DNA from: Candidatus Daviesbacteria bacterium | GTDB taxonomy: Bacteria; Patescibacteriota; Microgenomatia; Daviesbacterales; UBA10151 | Length of the DNA: 60,161 bases | Direction: 5' to 3' | NCBI GenBank assembly: GCA_003519445.1 | Contig: DOWS01000020.1 | Location: 1-60,161, forward strand | Shown: piece by piece, positions 9,152-18,034 of the stretch | How positions within the stretch are numbered: the stretch's first letter is position 1 | Layout: each line of letters begins with the position of its first letter | Position numbers and translations under genes: made by a program | Notes under the pieces: generated by a model | Seen by the model: the letters and a program-made list of their open reading frames with translations, nothing else | What the model was told of the DNA's origin: nothing | Database searches by the model: none

Positions 9152-10145
9152 ATGATTTTTGGGCGCTGGAATCAACATTCGGTCTTCCGAGCTTTAATGG
9201 CTTCCACCACCATTCATTATTTTTATACCACTCAACTACTTCAGGTAAATCTTTTTCCAGACTTCGTTCCCTATGCCATCCCAAAGATGCCAGTTTACTG
9301 CCATCTATAGCATACCTGAAGTCATGACCTAATCTGTGTTCAACATATTCAATACGGGAGGCATCCATTCCCAAAATATCAAGCAACATTTGAGTAATTT
9401 CCAGATTAGTTTTTTCCTCACCTTGAATTAAATAAGTTCCCCCTATTTTGCCTTTTTGTAAACATAAATCTATGGCCTTTGCATGATCTTCAACATGAAG
9501 CCACTCCCGGATATTTTCTCCTTTACCCATTAAGGGAACTTTTTTCCCTTCCAATAAATTAGTGATAAACCGCGGAATCAGTTTTTCCGGATCATGGAAA
9601 GGACCATAATTGTTAGCGCAATTTGTAATAGTTATAGGCAAACCATATGTTTCAAAATATGCTCTTACCAAATGATCTGACCCGGCTTTTGAGGCAGAAT
9701 AAGGAGTGCGGGGTTGATAGGGGGTATCTTCTCTAAAACGCGCATCACCCTGTTTCAGTTCTCCGTAAACTTCATCTGTTGAGACATGATGAAATCTTTT
9801 TATCTTTGCCTCAAGGGCAGCATTTAGCAAAACTGCTGTTCCTAAAACATTAGTCCGTACAAACTGCAAAGGGTCAATAATTGAACGGTCAACATGAGAC
9901 TCGGCTGCAAAATGAACAACTGTATCTGCTCTCTGCATGGTTGAATTAACTACTGCCTCATTTGTAATATCCCCCTTTATAAATTTATAGTTTGGACTAT
10001 TTTCAATATCTTTAAGAGATTCCGGATGGCCGGCATAAGTTAACACATCCAAATTAATTACTGTATCTTCAGGATGATTTTTTAACCAGTAATGTATGAA
10101 GTTACTGCCAATAAATCCCGCTCCCCCTGTCACCAAAATTCTCAT
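9141..10145 (-). CDS. rmlB: dTDP-glucose 4,6-dehydratase
   Basis: GGAGFIG, HFAAESHVDRSI, STDEVYG, YSASK. Confidence 0.95.
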   Translation of the reverse strand: MRILVTGGAGFIGSNFIHYWLKNHPEDTVINLDVLTYAGHPESLKDIENSPNYKFIKGDITNEAVVNSTMQRADTVVHFAAESHVDRSIIDPLQFVRTNVLGTAVLLNAALEAKIKRFHHVSTDEVYGELKQGDARFREDTPYQPRTPYSASKAGSDHLVRAYFETYGLPITITNCANNYGPFHDPEKLIPRFITNLLEGKKVPLMGKGENIREWLHVEDHAKAIDLCLQKGKIGGTYLIQGEEKTNLEITQMLLDILGMDASRIEYVEHRLGHDFRYAIDGSKLASLGWHRERSLEKDLPEVVEWYKNNEWWWKPLKLGRPNVDSSAQKSYGK

Positions 10146-10148
10146 TAT

Positions 10149-10877
10149 TTATTTTCTCTCCTTTGGCTTCCCGGCCCAATAGTTATTAGCCTCCAACAAA
10201 GTATCAAAGGTGCCGGCATCCCGCCAGTAGCCTTTAAGTTCACTCCAGGCAAGTTTACTTTTTTCCACATATTTATTATTAACATCAGTAATTTCCAGCT
10301 CCCCTCTTAATGAAGGTTTTATTTCCCTGATAAAATCAAAAACCTGTTTATCGTATATGTAAACTCCTGTCACCGCCCACTTTGAATCTGGATTCTGGGG
10401 CTTTTCAGTAATTTTAATTATTTTTGAGGGATCCTGTGGATCAAATGTGGCAATACCGAACCGTTCCGGATCCGCTACTTCTTTCAGAAAAATCAGCGCC
10501 CCTTCCTTGAAACCGGCCACAGCACTGGAAATATCCGCATCAGAAGTGTTGTCCCCCAAAATAACAGTAATACTATCTCCTTCGGCAAAATTTTCCGCCA
10601 GAGACAACGCATCGGCAATTCCTCCCTCTTTTTCCTGGTAGGCATATTCCAAGTGTTTAATCCCCAGCTCATGGCCATTTTTTAAAATTGACATAAAACC
10701 GCCGGAGTGTGGCCCGCCGGTTACCACCATGATCTCGGTAATACCTGCTTTTATCAGAGTATCAATGGGGTAAAAAATCATCGGTTTATTGTAAACCGGA
10801 AGTAAATGTTTATTAGTTACCTTAGTTAAAGGATTTAGGCGGGTTCCCAATCCTCCTGCCAGTATGACACCTTTCAT
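10149..10877 (-). CDS. rmlA: Glucose-1-phosphate thymidylyltransferase (short form)
   Basis: LAGGLGTRL.P.T, KHLLPVY.KPMI, RGELEITD, W.DAGT. Confidence 0.9.
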   Translation of the reverse strand: MKGVILAGGLGTRLNPLTKVTNKHLLPVYNKPMIFYPIDTLIKAGITEIMVVTGGPHSGGFMSILKNGHELGIKHLEYAYQEKEGGIADALSLAENFAEGDSITVILGDNTSDADISSAVAGFKEGALIFLKEVADPERFGIATFDPQDPSKIIKITEKPQNPDSKWAVTGVYIYDKQVFDFIREIKPSLRGELEITDVNNKYVEKSKLAWSELKGYWRDAGTFDTLLEANNYWAGKPKERK

Positions 10878-10884
10878 AGTCTAA

Positions 10885-11043
10885 TTATACATAAATTCCC
10901 AAAATAAGTATCAAAACTAAACCTGCCAGCAAAATATACTCCATCAAAATAACTAAAGTTAAACTTTTATCGCGGCGATGATGCCAGATGGCCCAAACTA
11001 AATAAATTAATATGGCAATAATAAGTATGTTTAATGGTTTCAT
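10885..11043 (-). CDS. Small two-TM membrane protein, 52 aa (not in ORF track)
   Basis: MKPLNILIIAILIYLVWAIWHHRRDKSLTLVILMEYILLAGLVLILILGIYV; ATGA overlap with CAP gene stop. Confidence 0.75.
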   Translation of the reverse strand: MKPLNILIIAILIYLVWAIWHHRRDKSLTLVILMEYILLAGLVLILILGIYV

Positions 11044-11912
11044 AAAATTACTCCCGGATTGCTATTTAACAAAGTAGCAGCTGCTACGCCCAGAATTGCC
11101 ATGTGGGCTACTCTGGATGAGGCAATCCTAAATACCCCCCGTTTTTTCAAAATAATAAAATCAGCAACCAGTAAAATAACCATTAAAGAAATAAGACCCA
11201 AAGAAGCAGTCCGCGAAAAAGAGTACGGATCTAACAATGGTTTTCCTGATAATGGAGTCTGTACTGCTGCCAAAAGCTCTGGTTTTTGATTATATTCTTG
11301 TATTGGCACAACGGTTTGCTTGCCGGAAACATTAACAAGCGGCTGGCCTGGTAAATTCTCCGTGGTACCGAATTCCTGCACCACCAAGGTGGTTTTTTGT
11401 CCATTCAGCACCCCCTCCACCACTGCTATGCCAATATCCTGATATTTTGGATTTAGGAGGTTTTCCCTGTGAGTAGTAGAGGCCATCCAAGCGGATACCA
11501 CTTCATCCGAGGAATAAAAATTCTTGGCCAGATTTTCCCCGGCATAGGTAAATTTATAACCTGAACCCAAAATAAAATCCCAGGGAGTCTTGCCACTGGG
11601 GGCAAAATGAGCCCAGTAATTTTCTTGGAACATATTTTGAGCCTTAAGGGCTGCTGCCTGATCTAAAGCGGCGTTTTCCGCAACCGGAGGCAAACCCTGT
11701 TTTTCCCTTTCAACATTTGTCAGTTCAATCAGTTTTTTTTGGTCAATATCTCCTGAAATTCCCAAAACTCCGGGTTTTGCATAACCTACTATGGAAAAAC
11801 CTACCTGGAGCAAAATAAAAAGCAGAATATAGATTAAAATAGCCTCCCAGGAAATTAAGTGGGCTTTTTTATGAGTATCTTTATGAGGTAAAAAAAAGTT
11901 GCGAAAGATCAT
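11040..11912 (-). CDS. Membrane-anchored CAP (SCP) domain protein
   Basis: LTN.ER, YWAH, AGENLA, WMAS.THR.N. Confidence 0.92.
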   Translation of the reverse strand: MIFRNFFLPHKDTHKKAHLISWEAILIYILLFILLQVGFSIVGYAKPGVLGISGDIDQKKLIELTNVEREKQGLPPVAENAALDQAAALKAQNMFQENYWAHFAPSGKTPWDFILGSGYKFTYAGENLAKNFYSSDEVVSAWMASTTHRENLLNPKYQDIGIAVVEGVLNGQKTTLVVQEFGTTENLPGQPLVNVSGKQTVVPIQEYNQKPELLAAVQTPLSGKPLLDPYSFSRTASLGLISLMVILLVADFIILKKRGVFRIASSRVAHMAILGVAAATLLNSNPGVIL

Positions 11913-11935
11913 AATAAGAGTATAACACGAGAATA

Positions 11936-12025
11936 AATTTTCAGTTTTTAATTTTCAATTTACAATGAATTTTCAATAATTAATGCTCAATGTTTGAAAA
12001 TTGTAGATCGGTACTTGAAAATTAG
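11936..12025. repeat. Degenerate heptamer array (TTTTCAA)n followed by inverted (TTGAAAA)n
   Basis: TTTTCAG TTTTTAA TTTTCAA TTTACAA ... TTGAAAA TTGTAGA TCGGTAC TTGAAAA. Confidence 0.7.
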
Positions 12026-12366
12026 TAATTAAGTTCTGTTTCAATTTTTTTCTCGTTAACCGGAATATTCAGGGCAAAGCCCAAAGCATTGGCTACAGAT
12101 ACTCCCACTCGAAGTCCTGTAAAAGACCCGGGTCCAGTTTCAACTTCAATTGCTTTTAGCTTTCCAATCCCGGATTGGAATTGACTTGACAATCCGGGAT
12201 TGTAGGTTCGAAATAACTTGACTATCAAAGGCAACAAAACTTGTGATCCAAATTTATTTTTGGCAGACATGCTTTTTATGACTTTGCACTTTACGCTTTG
12301 CACTTTACCCTCTACAAGGGCCACCTCCACCCTATTTTGCTCTTTGGTATTTATATAAAGAACCAT
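12022..12366 (-). CDS. tsaB: tRNA t6A biosynthesis protein TsaB, short N-terminal-domain form, carrying two repeat-derived inserts
   Basis: SQVLLPLI, GPGSFTGLRVGVSVANALG. Confidence 0.88.
   Translation of the reverse strand: MVLYINTKEQNRVEVALVEGKVQSVKCKVIKSMSAKNKFGSQVLLPLIVKLFRTYNPGLSSQFQSGIGKLKAIEVETGPGSFTGLRVGVSVANALGFALNIPVNEKKIETELNY
12154..12209. repeat. 56-bp double-palindrome REP-like element, copy 1 (inside tsaB)
   Basis: TTTTAGCTTTCCAATCCCGGATTGGAATTGACTTGACAATCCGGGATTGTAGGTTC identical to 36520-36575. Confidence 0.95.
12281..12315. repeat. Heptamer tandem array inside tsaB
   Basis: ACTTTGC ACTTTAC GCTTTGC ACTTTAC CCTCTAC; encodes VEGKVQSVKCKV. Confidence 0.8.
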
Positions 12367-12402
12367 GTCCGAATTTTAACATTTTTTGATATACTCAAGA
12401 AT

Positions 12403-12984
12403 ATGCAGGATATAAAAACTATTATCAGTATTACTGCAATAATATTAACTTTTATTGGTTACATTCCGTATCTTCGTGATACTTTACAAGGAAAAACAAC
12501 ACCTCATGTTTACACATGGTTTATTTGGGGATTTGTCACAGCTATAGCTTTCGGCCTTCAGGTCGAGGGAGGTGCGGGAGTAGGTTCATGGGTAACTATA
12601 GTAGTTGCCATCATCTGCTTTACTATATTTTTGCTGGGCATGCGAAGTGGCAAAAAAGATATTGCTCTCTCTGACACAATATTTTTTGTTCTCTCATTTG
12701 TGGCTTTATTTTTGTGGCTGATTGCTAAACAGCCTGTATTATCAGTTATTCTTACTTCAACTATTGATCTGCTCGGTTTCGCCCCCACTGTTAGAAAATC
12801 CTGGAATAAACCACACTCGGAAACGCTATTTACATACGAGCTAAGTACCTTGAGACACGGATTAAGCATATTAGCCCTGCAACAATACAGTATTGTAACT
12901 TGGCTTTATCCTGTGAGCTGGACATTCGCAAACGCGCTCTTTAGCTTGATACTGATAATCAGAAGAAAACAAGTTAACAAATAA
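12403..12984 (+). CDS. Polytopic membrane protein (PQ-loop/SWEET-like repeat), function unknown
   Basis: About 7 hydrophobic segments; internal repeat YIPYLRDT..G.T.P / FAPTVRKSW.KP.SE; TGaTATACT 7 nt before ATG 12403. Confidence 0.75.
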   Translation: MQDIKTIISITAIILTFIGYIPYLRDTLQGKTTPHVYTWFIWGFVTAIAFGLQVEGGAGVGSWVTIVVAIICFTIFLLGMRSGKKDIALSDTIFFVLSFVALFLWLIAKQPVLSVILTSTIDLLGFAPTVRKSWNKPHSETLFTYELSTLRHGLSILALQQYSIVTWLYPVSWTFANALFSLILIIRRKQVNK

Positions 12985-13057
12985 GGGCGTTCTGCCGGTT
13001 GCTCAAACCTTAAGAAATCTCAATTGGCGTATTATAATATCCCATAGTTGAGGAAAT

Positions 13058-14515
13058 ATGTCACAAGAACGATTTAATGGACAACCCATAGAAGCTAGAT
13101 TTGCCGATGAATTGGCTAAAGCCAGGTCTTTGCTTAATCCCGGATTCTTGCGCCTTGAAGCTGAAGAAACAAATGTGCCTATGCCTGTACAAAATGTCAT
13201 CAGGCAACTGACAGCTACCGGGATCTGGTTTAGATTAAGCAGAAACTTAAAAGCAGAAAGCTGTGCCGACGCGACTCATAAACGCAACAGGGGTTTGGGA
13301 CAAATGGGCATACCGCTTCATGATGAACTAAAAACTTTTTTAGGACAAACCATTGGACCTGACGGTCAAGAAATTATTGTCATGGTCCACTGCAGAGGCG
13401 ACCAGGATTTAGACTTTGATTTGATAGAAAAGGCTTTAAAAGCCAAAGCTCCCCTTGAAAGACTGTCTCCGGATAAAATTTCCGCATTGGGAGTAAATTA
13501 CGGATTAATTAATCCGTTTACGGGCGCTGAAACAGTTTCTCATGATAGAGGACAAATGATATATTCACCTTTTGTGCAAGTTTTTGATAGTGATGTAATA
13601 CTTCCTCCAACGGTTCCGCCAACCATGATGACCAATACCGGTGATTACACCTGGGCTGTGGAGTTTGACACTCAAGAATTAATTAAGGTTATATTTAGAG
13701 CAAAAGTAGTTACGGTAACTAAAGAGGAATTTTTTGAAGGGGCCAGATTTGCCAACAGCCGTTTGGCTCTGCTTACAGGCAACTCACCGGAATCAGGAAT
13801 GTCATTATTAGTCAAAATCAATGAAAAGATTAGAGCAGCTTTGGGTGAAAATGGTAATTTTGGGGATGTTTCCCTGCCGAATGTTACTTTCAGATCTGTT
13901 CCCGCAATGGGACTTACAATGGACCTTTCTCAAAGAAGGGAGCAGGTTTGGAGATTAATTCGTCCCGTGATTGAGGAGCTTGCAAAACAGGAACCGGATG
14001 TGCTAACTATTGCCTGCAATACCACTCCTTACTTTACCCAGGAAATTGCCGAGATGTTAGATCGAAGAACAACTCTTTTAACCACTCCCCGCGTAACATT
14101 AGATTTTTTAAAGGCTAGGCAGATCAGTCAAGTCGCTTTAATTGGAATACCGTATGTAGCAGAATTGGAAGAATGGAGCGCCTTTTTAAGGCCTTTAAGA
14201 GAGGCCGGTGTTGAGGTTGAGAAGCTAAGCCCCAAAGCTTTAGAAAGAATTAATGAATTGGCATTTGCCGTTAAACGAAGCGCTGCAACTGAAGCAAATC
14301 TGACTTCTCTGGCTAATGTCTTAAGGGATATACTAGACCGGGAAGTCAACGCACAGACAATTGCTATAGCCTTAACAGAAATTTCCCAGCTTTTACCATT
14401 CACCAGAAGAAGTATTAGTAGAGGCAAAACCTTAATTGATACTCTGGATTTATTAGCAAACGCAGTTGCTTTAAGGCTTCTTAAAAAACCATTTGTCTAT
14501 TCGGCTACCTACTAA
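13058..14515 (+). CDS. YbaK/INS-like domain fused to Asp/Glu racemase-fold domain
   Basis: N-half ELKT, HCRGD, YGLINPF, VFD, TNTG; C-half GNSPESG, IACNT, IALTEIS; GAGG SD upstream. Confidence 0.7.
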   Translation: MSQERFNGQPIEARFADELAKARSLLNPGFLRLEAEETNVPMPVQNVIRQLTATGIWFRLSRNLKAESCADATHKRNRGLGQMGIPLHDELKTFLGQTIGPDGQEIIVMVHCRGDQDLDFDLIEKALKAKAPLERLSPDKISALGVNYGLINPFTGAETVSHDRGQMIYSPFVQVFDSDVILPPTVPPTMMTNTGDYTWAVEFDTQELIKVIFRAKVVTVTKEEFFEGARFANSRLALLTGNSPESGMSLLVKINEKIRAALGENGNFGDVSLPNVTFRSVPAMGLTMDLSQRREQVWRLIRPVIEELAKQEPDVLTIACNTTPYFTQEIAEMLDRRTTLLTTPRVTLDFLKARQISQVALIGIPYVAELEEWSAFLRPLREAGVEVEKLSPKALERINELAFAVKRSAATEANLTSLANVLRDILDREVNAQTIAIALTEISQLLPFTRRSISRGKTLIDTLDLLANAVALRLLKKPFVYSATY

Positions 14516-14518
14516 AAT

Positions 14519-14995
14519 TTATGGTTTTGGGAAAGGTAAACCTGCAACCTCCAGGGAATCTGCTGTGGCTAATCTTTGAGTCCAATCAACTAATGCCTGT
14601 ACCATTGCCGGATATTGGGGTTCTCTGCGAAGTCTTTTTTTTTGAGAAGCAGATAAGCTAAAAACTATACTGTCTATGGGTAAGCCCAGCGCGCTTGGCC
14701 TAAAACCAGGCCGATAACCTAGGTTTGTCAACTCATCTTGTGGAGTTATATTGTAATAAATTCCTATGGATTCCACACTTACAAGTAATCTTTCGGGATC
14801 TTCATTAGGCCTAACATAATTGCTTCTGACATTATGCGTTATCTTCAAGACTGTACCGTCTGGTAAAGTTCTTTCCGCTACTCTTCCCTGCCCTGTTAAT
14901 TCGATTTTTGGCAATTGATCCACCACCCCTCTTAATTGAATAAAGGCTGGACCGGGTTGCGATGTCTCTTGTGTTGTTATTGCTTCTCCACTCAT
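14519..14995 (-). CDS. Hypothetical protein
   Basis: 158-aa ORF filling the gap; TGgTATAAT upstream. Confidence 0.65.
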   Translation of the reverse strand: MSGEAITTQETSQPGPAFIQLRGVVDQLPKIELTGQGRVAERTLPDGTVLKITHNVRSNYVRPNEDPERLLVSVESIGIYYNITPQDELTNLGYRPGFRPSALGLPIDSIVFSLSASQKKRLRREPQYPAMVQALVDWTQRLATADSLEVAGLPFPKP

Positions 14996-15035
14996 ACTTT
15001 AAATGTATTATACCAAATCCTGCTATAATCGCTCT

Positions 15036-16013
15036 ATGGATGATTTAAAAAGCAGGTTTGAGAAAATTTCCCAATCTTTTGATAGGGATAAAATGCAAGG
15101 GGAAATTAGGGCATTGGAAGCTCAAATGATGCAGCCCGGATTTTGGGATGATAGGCAGAGAGCAGAAGTCGTCAGTCGTCAGCTATCAGACAAAAATAAG
15201 ACATTAGAAACACTGGAGAGTTTGGAGCAAAATTTAGATGAAAAATTATTAAAAGAATTTGAGCTGAAGACTTTTCTTTCGGGCCCGCATGACAGCTCCG
15301 AAGCCATTTTATCCATTCATTCAGGTACAGGAGGAGTTGAGGCCATGGATTGGGCAGGCATGCTTTACCGAATGTACCAGAGATATTTTGAAAGAAAAAA
15401 TTGGAAATTTGAGCTAACTGATGAAAGTTTAGGGGAAGAAGCAGGTTATAAATCAGTTTCCATGATTGTCCACGCTCCCCTTAGCTACGGCTATTTAAAA
15501 GGCGAGGCCGGAACCCACAGATTAGTTAGGCAATCCCCATTCAATGCCGACAAACTTCGCCAAACCTCTTTTGCTTTAGTTGAAGTTTTACCTGTTATTG
15601 AAAATATGGAGATGGAAATTAAAGATGAGGATATAGAATTTGCAGCCTTTAGATCCGGAGGCCATGGAGGGCAAAATGTTAACAAGGTGTCCACTGCTGT
15701 ACGGTTAAAACATATTCCCACGGGTATCACAGTTACTGCCCAAACAGAACGGTCCCAGCTTCAAAACAGGGAAAATGCTTTGAAATTACTCCGTGCCAAG
15801 CTTTGGGTTCTTCAACAAGCTGAAAAAAATGCCCAAACCCAAAGCCTAAAAGGAACCACCCAAGCTTCATGGGGAACTCAAATCCGTTCTTATGTTTTGC
15901 ATCCATACCATATGGTTAAAGATCTACGCACCCTGGTTGAAACATCTAACACAGAGAGTGTCTTGGATGGGGACTTAAATCAGTTTATTGACGCGGAGAT
16001 AAGAAAGGGTTAA
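15036..16013 (+). CDS. prfB: Peptide chain release factor 2 (no programmed frameshift)
   Basis: SPF and GGQ motifs, WGTQIRSYV; TGcTATAAT 6 nt before ATG 15036. Confidence 0.95.
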   Translation: MDDLKSRFEKISQSFDRDKMQGEIRALEAQMMQPGFWDDRQRAEVVSRQLSDKNKTLETLESLEQNLDEKLLKEFELKTFLSGPHDSSEAILSIHSGTGGVEAMDWAGMLYRMYQRYFERKNWKFELTDESLGEEAGYKSVSMIVHAPLSYGYLKGEAGTHRLVRQSPFNADKLRQTSFALVEVLPVIENMEMEIKDEDIEFAAFRSGGHGGQNVNKVSTAVRLKHIPTGITVTAQTERSQLQNRENALKLLRAKLWVLQQAEKNAQTQSLKGTTQASWGTQIRSYVLHPYHMVKDLRTLVETSNTESVLDGDLNQFIDAEIRKG

Positions 16014-16029
16014 TATAGAAAGTATAGCT

Positions 16030-16461
16030 ATGGAAACTGCCGAAGGCAAAGAAAAAATTACCAAAAAGTTTTTCAAAGACGCTAGTCCTAAAAAAGTTAT
16101 TCTTGGGGTCTTAATCCTCTCTTTGGTTTTGGGAGTTTTAACAGGATATATTATTGCCAACAAAAACCTGGGAGTAAACGCTCTAACAGGATCTCCTAAG
16201 ACTGCCCAGCAGGATAACCGTACTTTTAAAGATTTTGCCGAAGGGGTTATAAAAGCCAGGCCTGCACCTGTTTATCCCTCCGAGTATGTCGAAGGAACGC
16301 ATCTTTTACAAAGAGACGGGCAACCGCCTGTTGCTTTAACTTCCTCTGTTGTAGATTTATCTCTTTATGAAGGTAAGAAAGTAAGGGTGTTTGGTGAAAC
16401 CCAAAAAGCTCTGGAAGCAGGATGGCTTATGGATGTTGGAAAAGTAGAAGAGATAAAATAG
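16030..16461 (+). CDS. Single-TM hypothetical protein
   Basis: N-terminal hydrophobic helix and small beta-rich domain; co-oriented with prfB-ftsEX. Confidence 0.75.
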   Translation: METAEGKEKITKKFFKDASPKKVILGVLILSLVLGVLTGYIIANKNLGVNALTGSPKTAQQDNRTFKDFAEGVIKARPAPVYPSEYVEGTHLLQRDGQPPVALTSSVVDLSLYEGKKVRVFGETQKALEAGWLMDVGKVEEIK

Positions 16462-16478
16462 TTGTTAGTCTTCAGCCT

Positions 16479-17153
16479 ATGATCTTATTTGACAAAGTCT
16501 TCAAAAAGTTTGGTTCATCAACAGCCTTGGATGATATTTCCCTGGAAATTAAACAGGGGGAATTTGTCTTTTTGGTTGGACCCTCCGGAGCCGGCAAAAC
16601 CACTATGCTCCGTATTCTAACCCGGGAAATACTCCCCACAAGCGGCACAGTAACTGTTGATAAAATAGATCTTACTAAACTAAAAAACAGTGAGATCCCA
16701 AAATTAAGAAGAAAAGTGGGAGTAGTTTTCCAGGATTTTAAATTATTGGATGACCGGACCGTATTTGAGCAGGTAGCTCTGGCTTTGGAGGTTTTGGGCA
16801 AAAGCGACAGCGAGATAGTAAAAGCTGTGGAACATACTCTAAAACTGGTGGAGATTTGGGATAAACGGAATTTATTTCCCAGACAACTTTCCGGAGGTGA
16901 GGCTCAAAGAGTAACCATTGCCAGGGCTGTTGTTGGCAAGCCTGATATTGTTTTAGCTGATGAACCAACCGGTGATTTAGACCACAAAACCGCCTGGGGG
17001 GTAATTCAGCTTCTTAATGAAATCAACTCATGGGGTACCACTATTTTGATGGCTACCCACAACCAGGAAATTGTCAATACCTTAAAGCAACGGGTAATAA
17101 CTTTAAAGCTCGGTAAAATCACCAAAGACAACACGGAGGGTAAATACGAATGA
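16479..17153 (+). CDS. ftsE: Cell division ATP-binding protein FtsE
   Basis: GPSGAGKT, VFQDFKLL, LSGGE, LADEPTG; precedes ftsX. Confidence 0.93.
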   Translation: MILFDKVFKKFGSSTALDDISLEIKQGEFVFLVGPSGAGKTTMLRILTREILPTSGTVTVDKIDLTKLKNSEIPKLRRKVGVVFQDFKLLDDRTVFEQVALALEVLGKSDSEIVKAVEHTLKLVEIWDKRNLFPRQLSGGEAQRVTIARAVVGKPDIVLADEPTGDLDHKTAWGVIQLLNEINSWGTTILMATHNQEIVNTLKQRVITLKLGKITKDNTEGKYE

Positions 17154-18034
17154 GTTTTAGAAACTATGTTAAATTTGCCAAAAGAAACATTAAAAGAACC
17201 CCTTTTCAGGCCGCTGCAGCATCCTTGTCCATGTTTTCGGCTTTTTTGGCCTTAATTGGTTTCCTGCTGATTTCCATTGGGCTGCAACTGACTCTACAGT
17301 TTTATGAATCAAGACCGCAAGTAATGGCCTTTTTTAAAGACGGCACTACCAGAGAAGATATTTCAGCCATAGAAGATAACCTGAAAGGAAATTATCAGGT
17401 TACCAAAACAAAATATGTTTCCAAAGAAGAAGCTCTGCAAATTTATAAAAGACTTAACCAGGGAAAGGATCCTCTTCTGACCGAACTGGTCACAGCCAGC
17501 ACCTTACCGCCATCACTGGAGATTTCCACCATAACCCTGCAGGATCTTGCACCTGTAGCCGAAATCCTAAAACAGGAACCGGTGGTTGAAGATGTTGTAT
17601 TCCCTGAAGATGTGGTTTCAAATTTGTCAACTGCCACACTGCTGGTTAGAATCATTGGCGGAGTAATTGTAGGTTACCTGATACTTTACGCCATCCTGCA
17701 AATCCTGATGATTATCGGGTTTAAAATCAGGTTAAAAAGAAATGAGATCGAAACCATGCGTCTTTTGGGTGCATCGACTTCTTTTATCAGAAACCCCTTT
17801 ATTCTGGAAGGAATGTTTTATGGTGTAGTAGGTGCCACGGCAGCCTGGACAGTAATCTATATTATGCTTTGGTATTTTACTCCCTACATTCAAGGAGGAT
17901 ACTTGGGTGAAATCAGGCTGTTGCCGCCAAATCCCATTCTCATGTTATCCCTGCTGATAATTGCTATTTTGCTGGCCTGTCTAGTGGGAGCTTTGGGATC
18001 ATTTGGAGCCACTAGAAGATATCTTCGGATATGA
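17150..18034 (+). CDS. ftsX: Cell division permease FtsX
   Basis: 4-TM layout, YVSKEEAL, EIETMRLLGA...IRNPFILEG. Confidence 0.92.
   Translation: MSFRNYVKFAKRNIKRTPFQAAAASLSMFSAFLALIGFLLISIGLQLTLQFYESRPQVMAFFKDGTTREDISAIEDNLKGNYQVTKTKYVSKEEALQIYKRLNQGKDPLLTELVTASTLPPSLEISTITLQDLAPVAEILKQEPVVEDVVFPEDVVSNLSTATLLVRIIGGVIVGYLILYAILQILMIIGFKIRLKRNEIETMRLLGASTSFIRNPFILEGMFYGVVGATAAWTVIYIMLWYFTPYIQGGYLGEIRLLPPNPILMLSLLIIAILLACLVGALGSFGATRRYLRI

Noticed and set aside
15036..15100. Programmed +1 frameshift in prfB
   Set aside because: The ORF is continuous; TCT TTT GAT has no in-frame TGA
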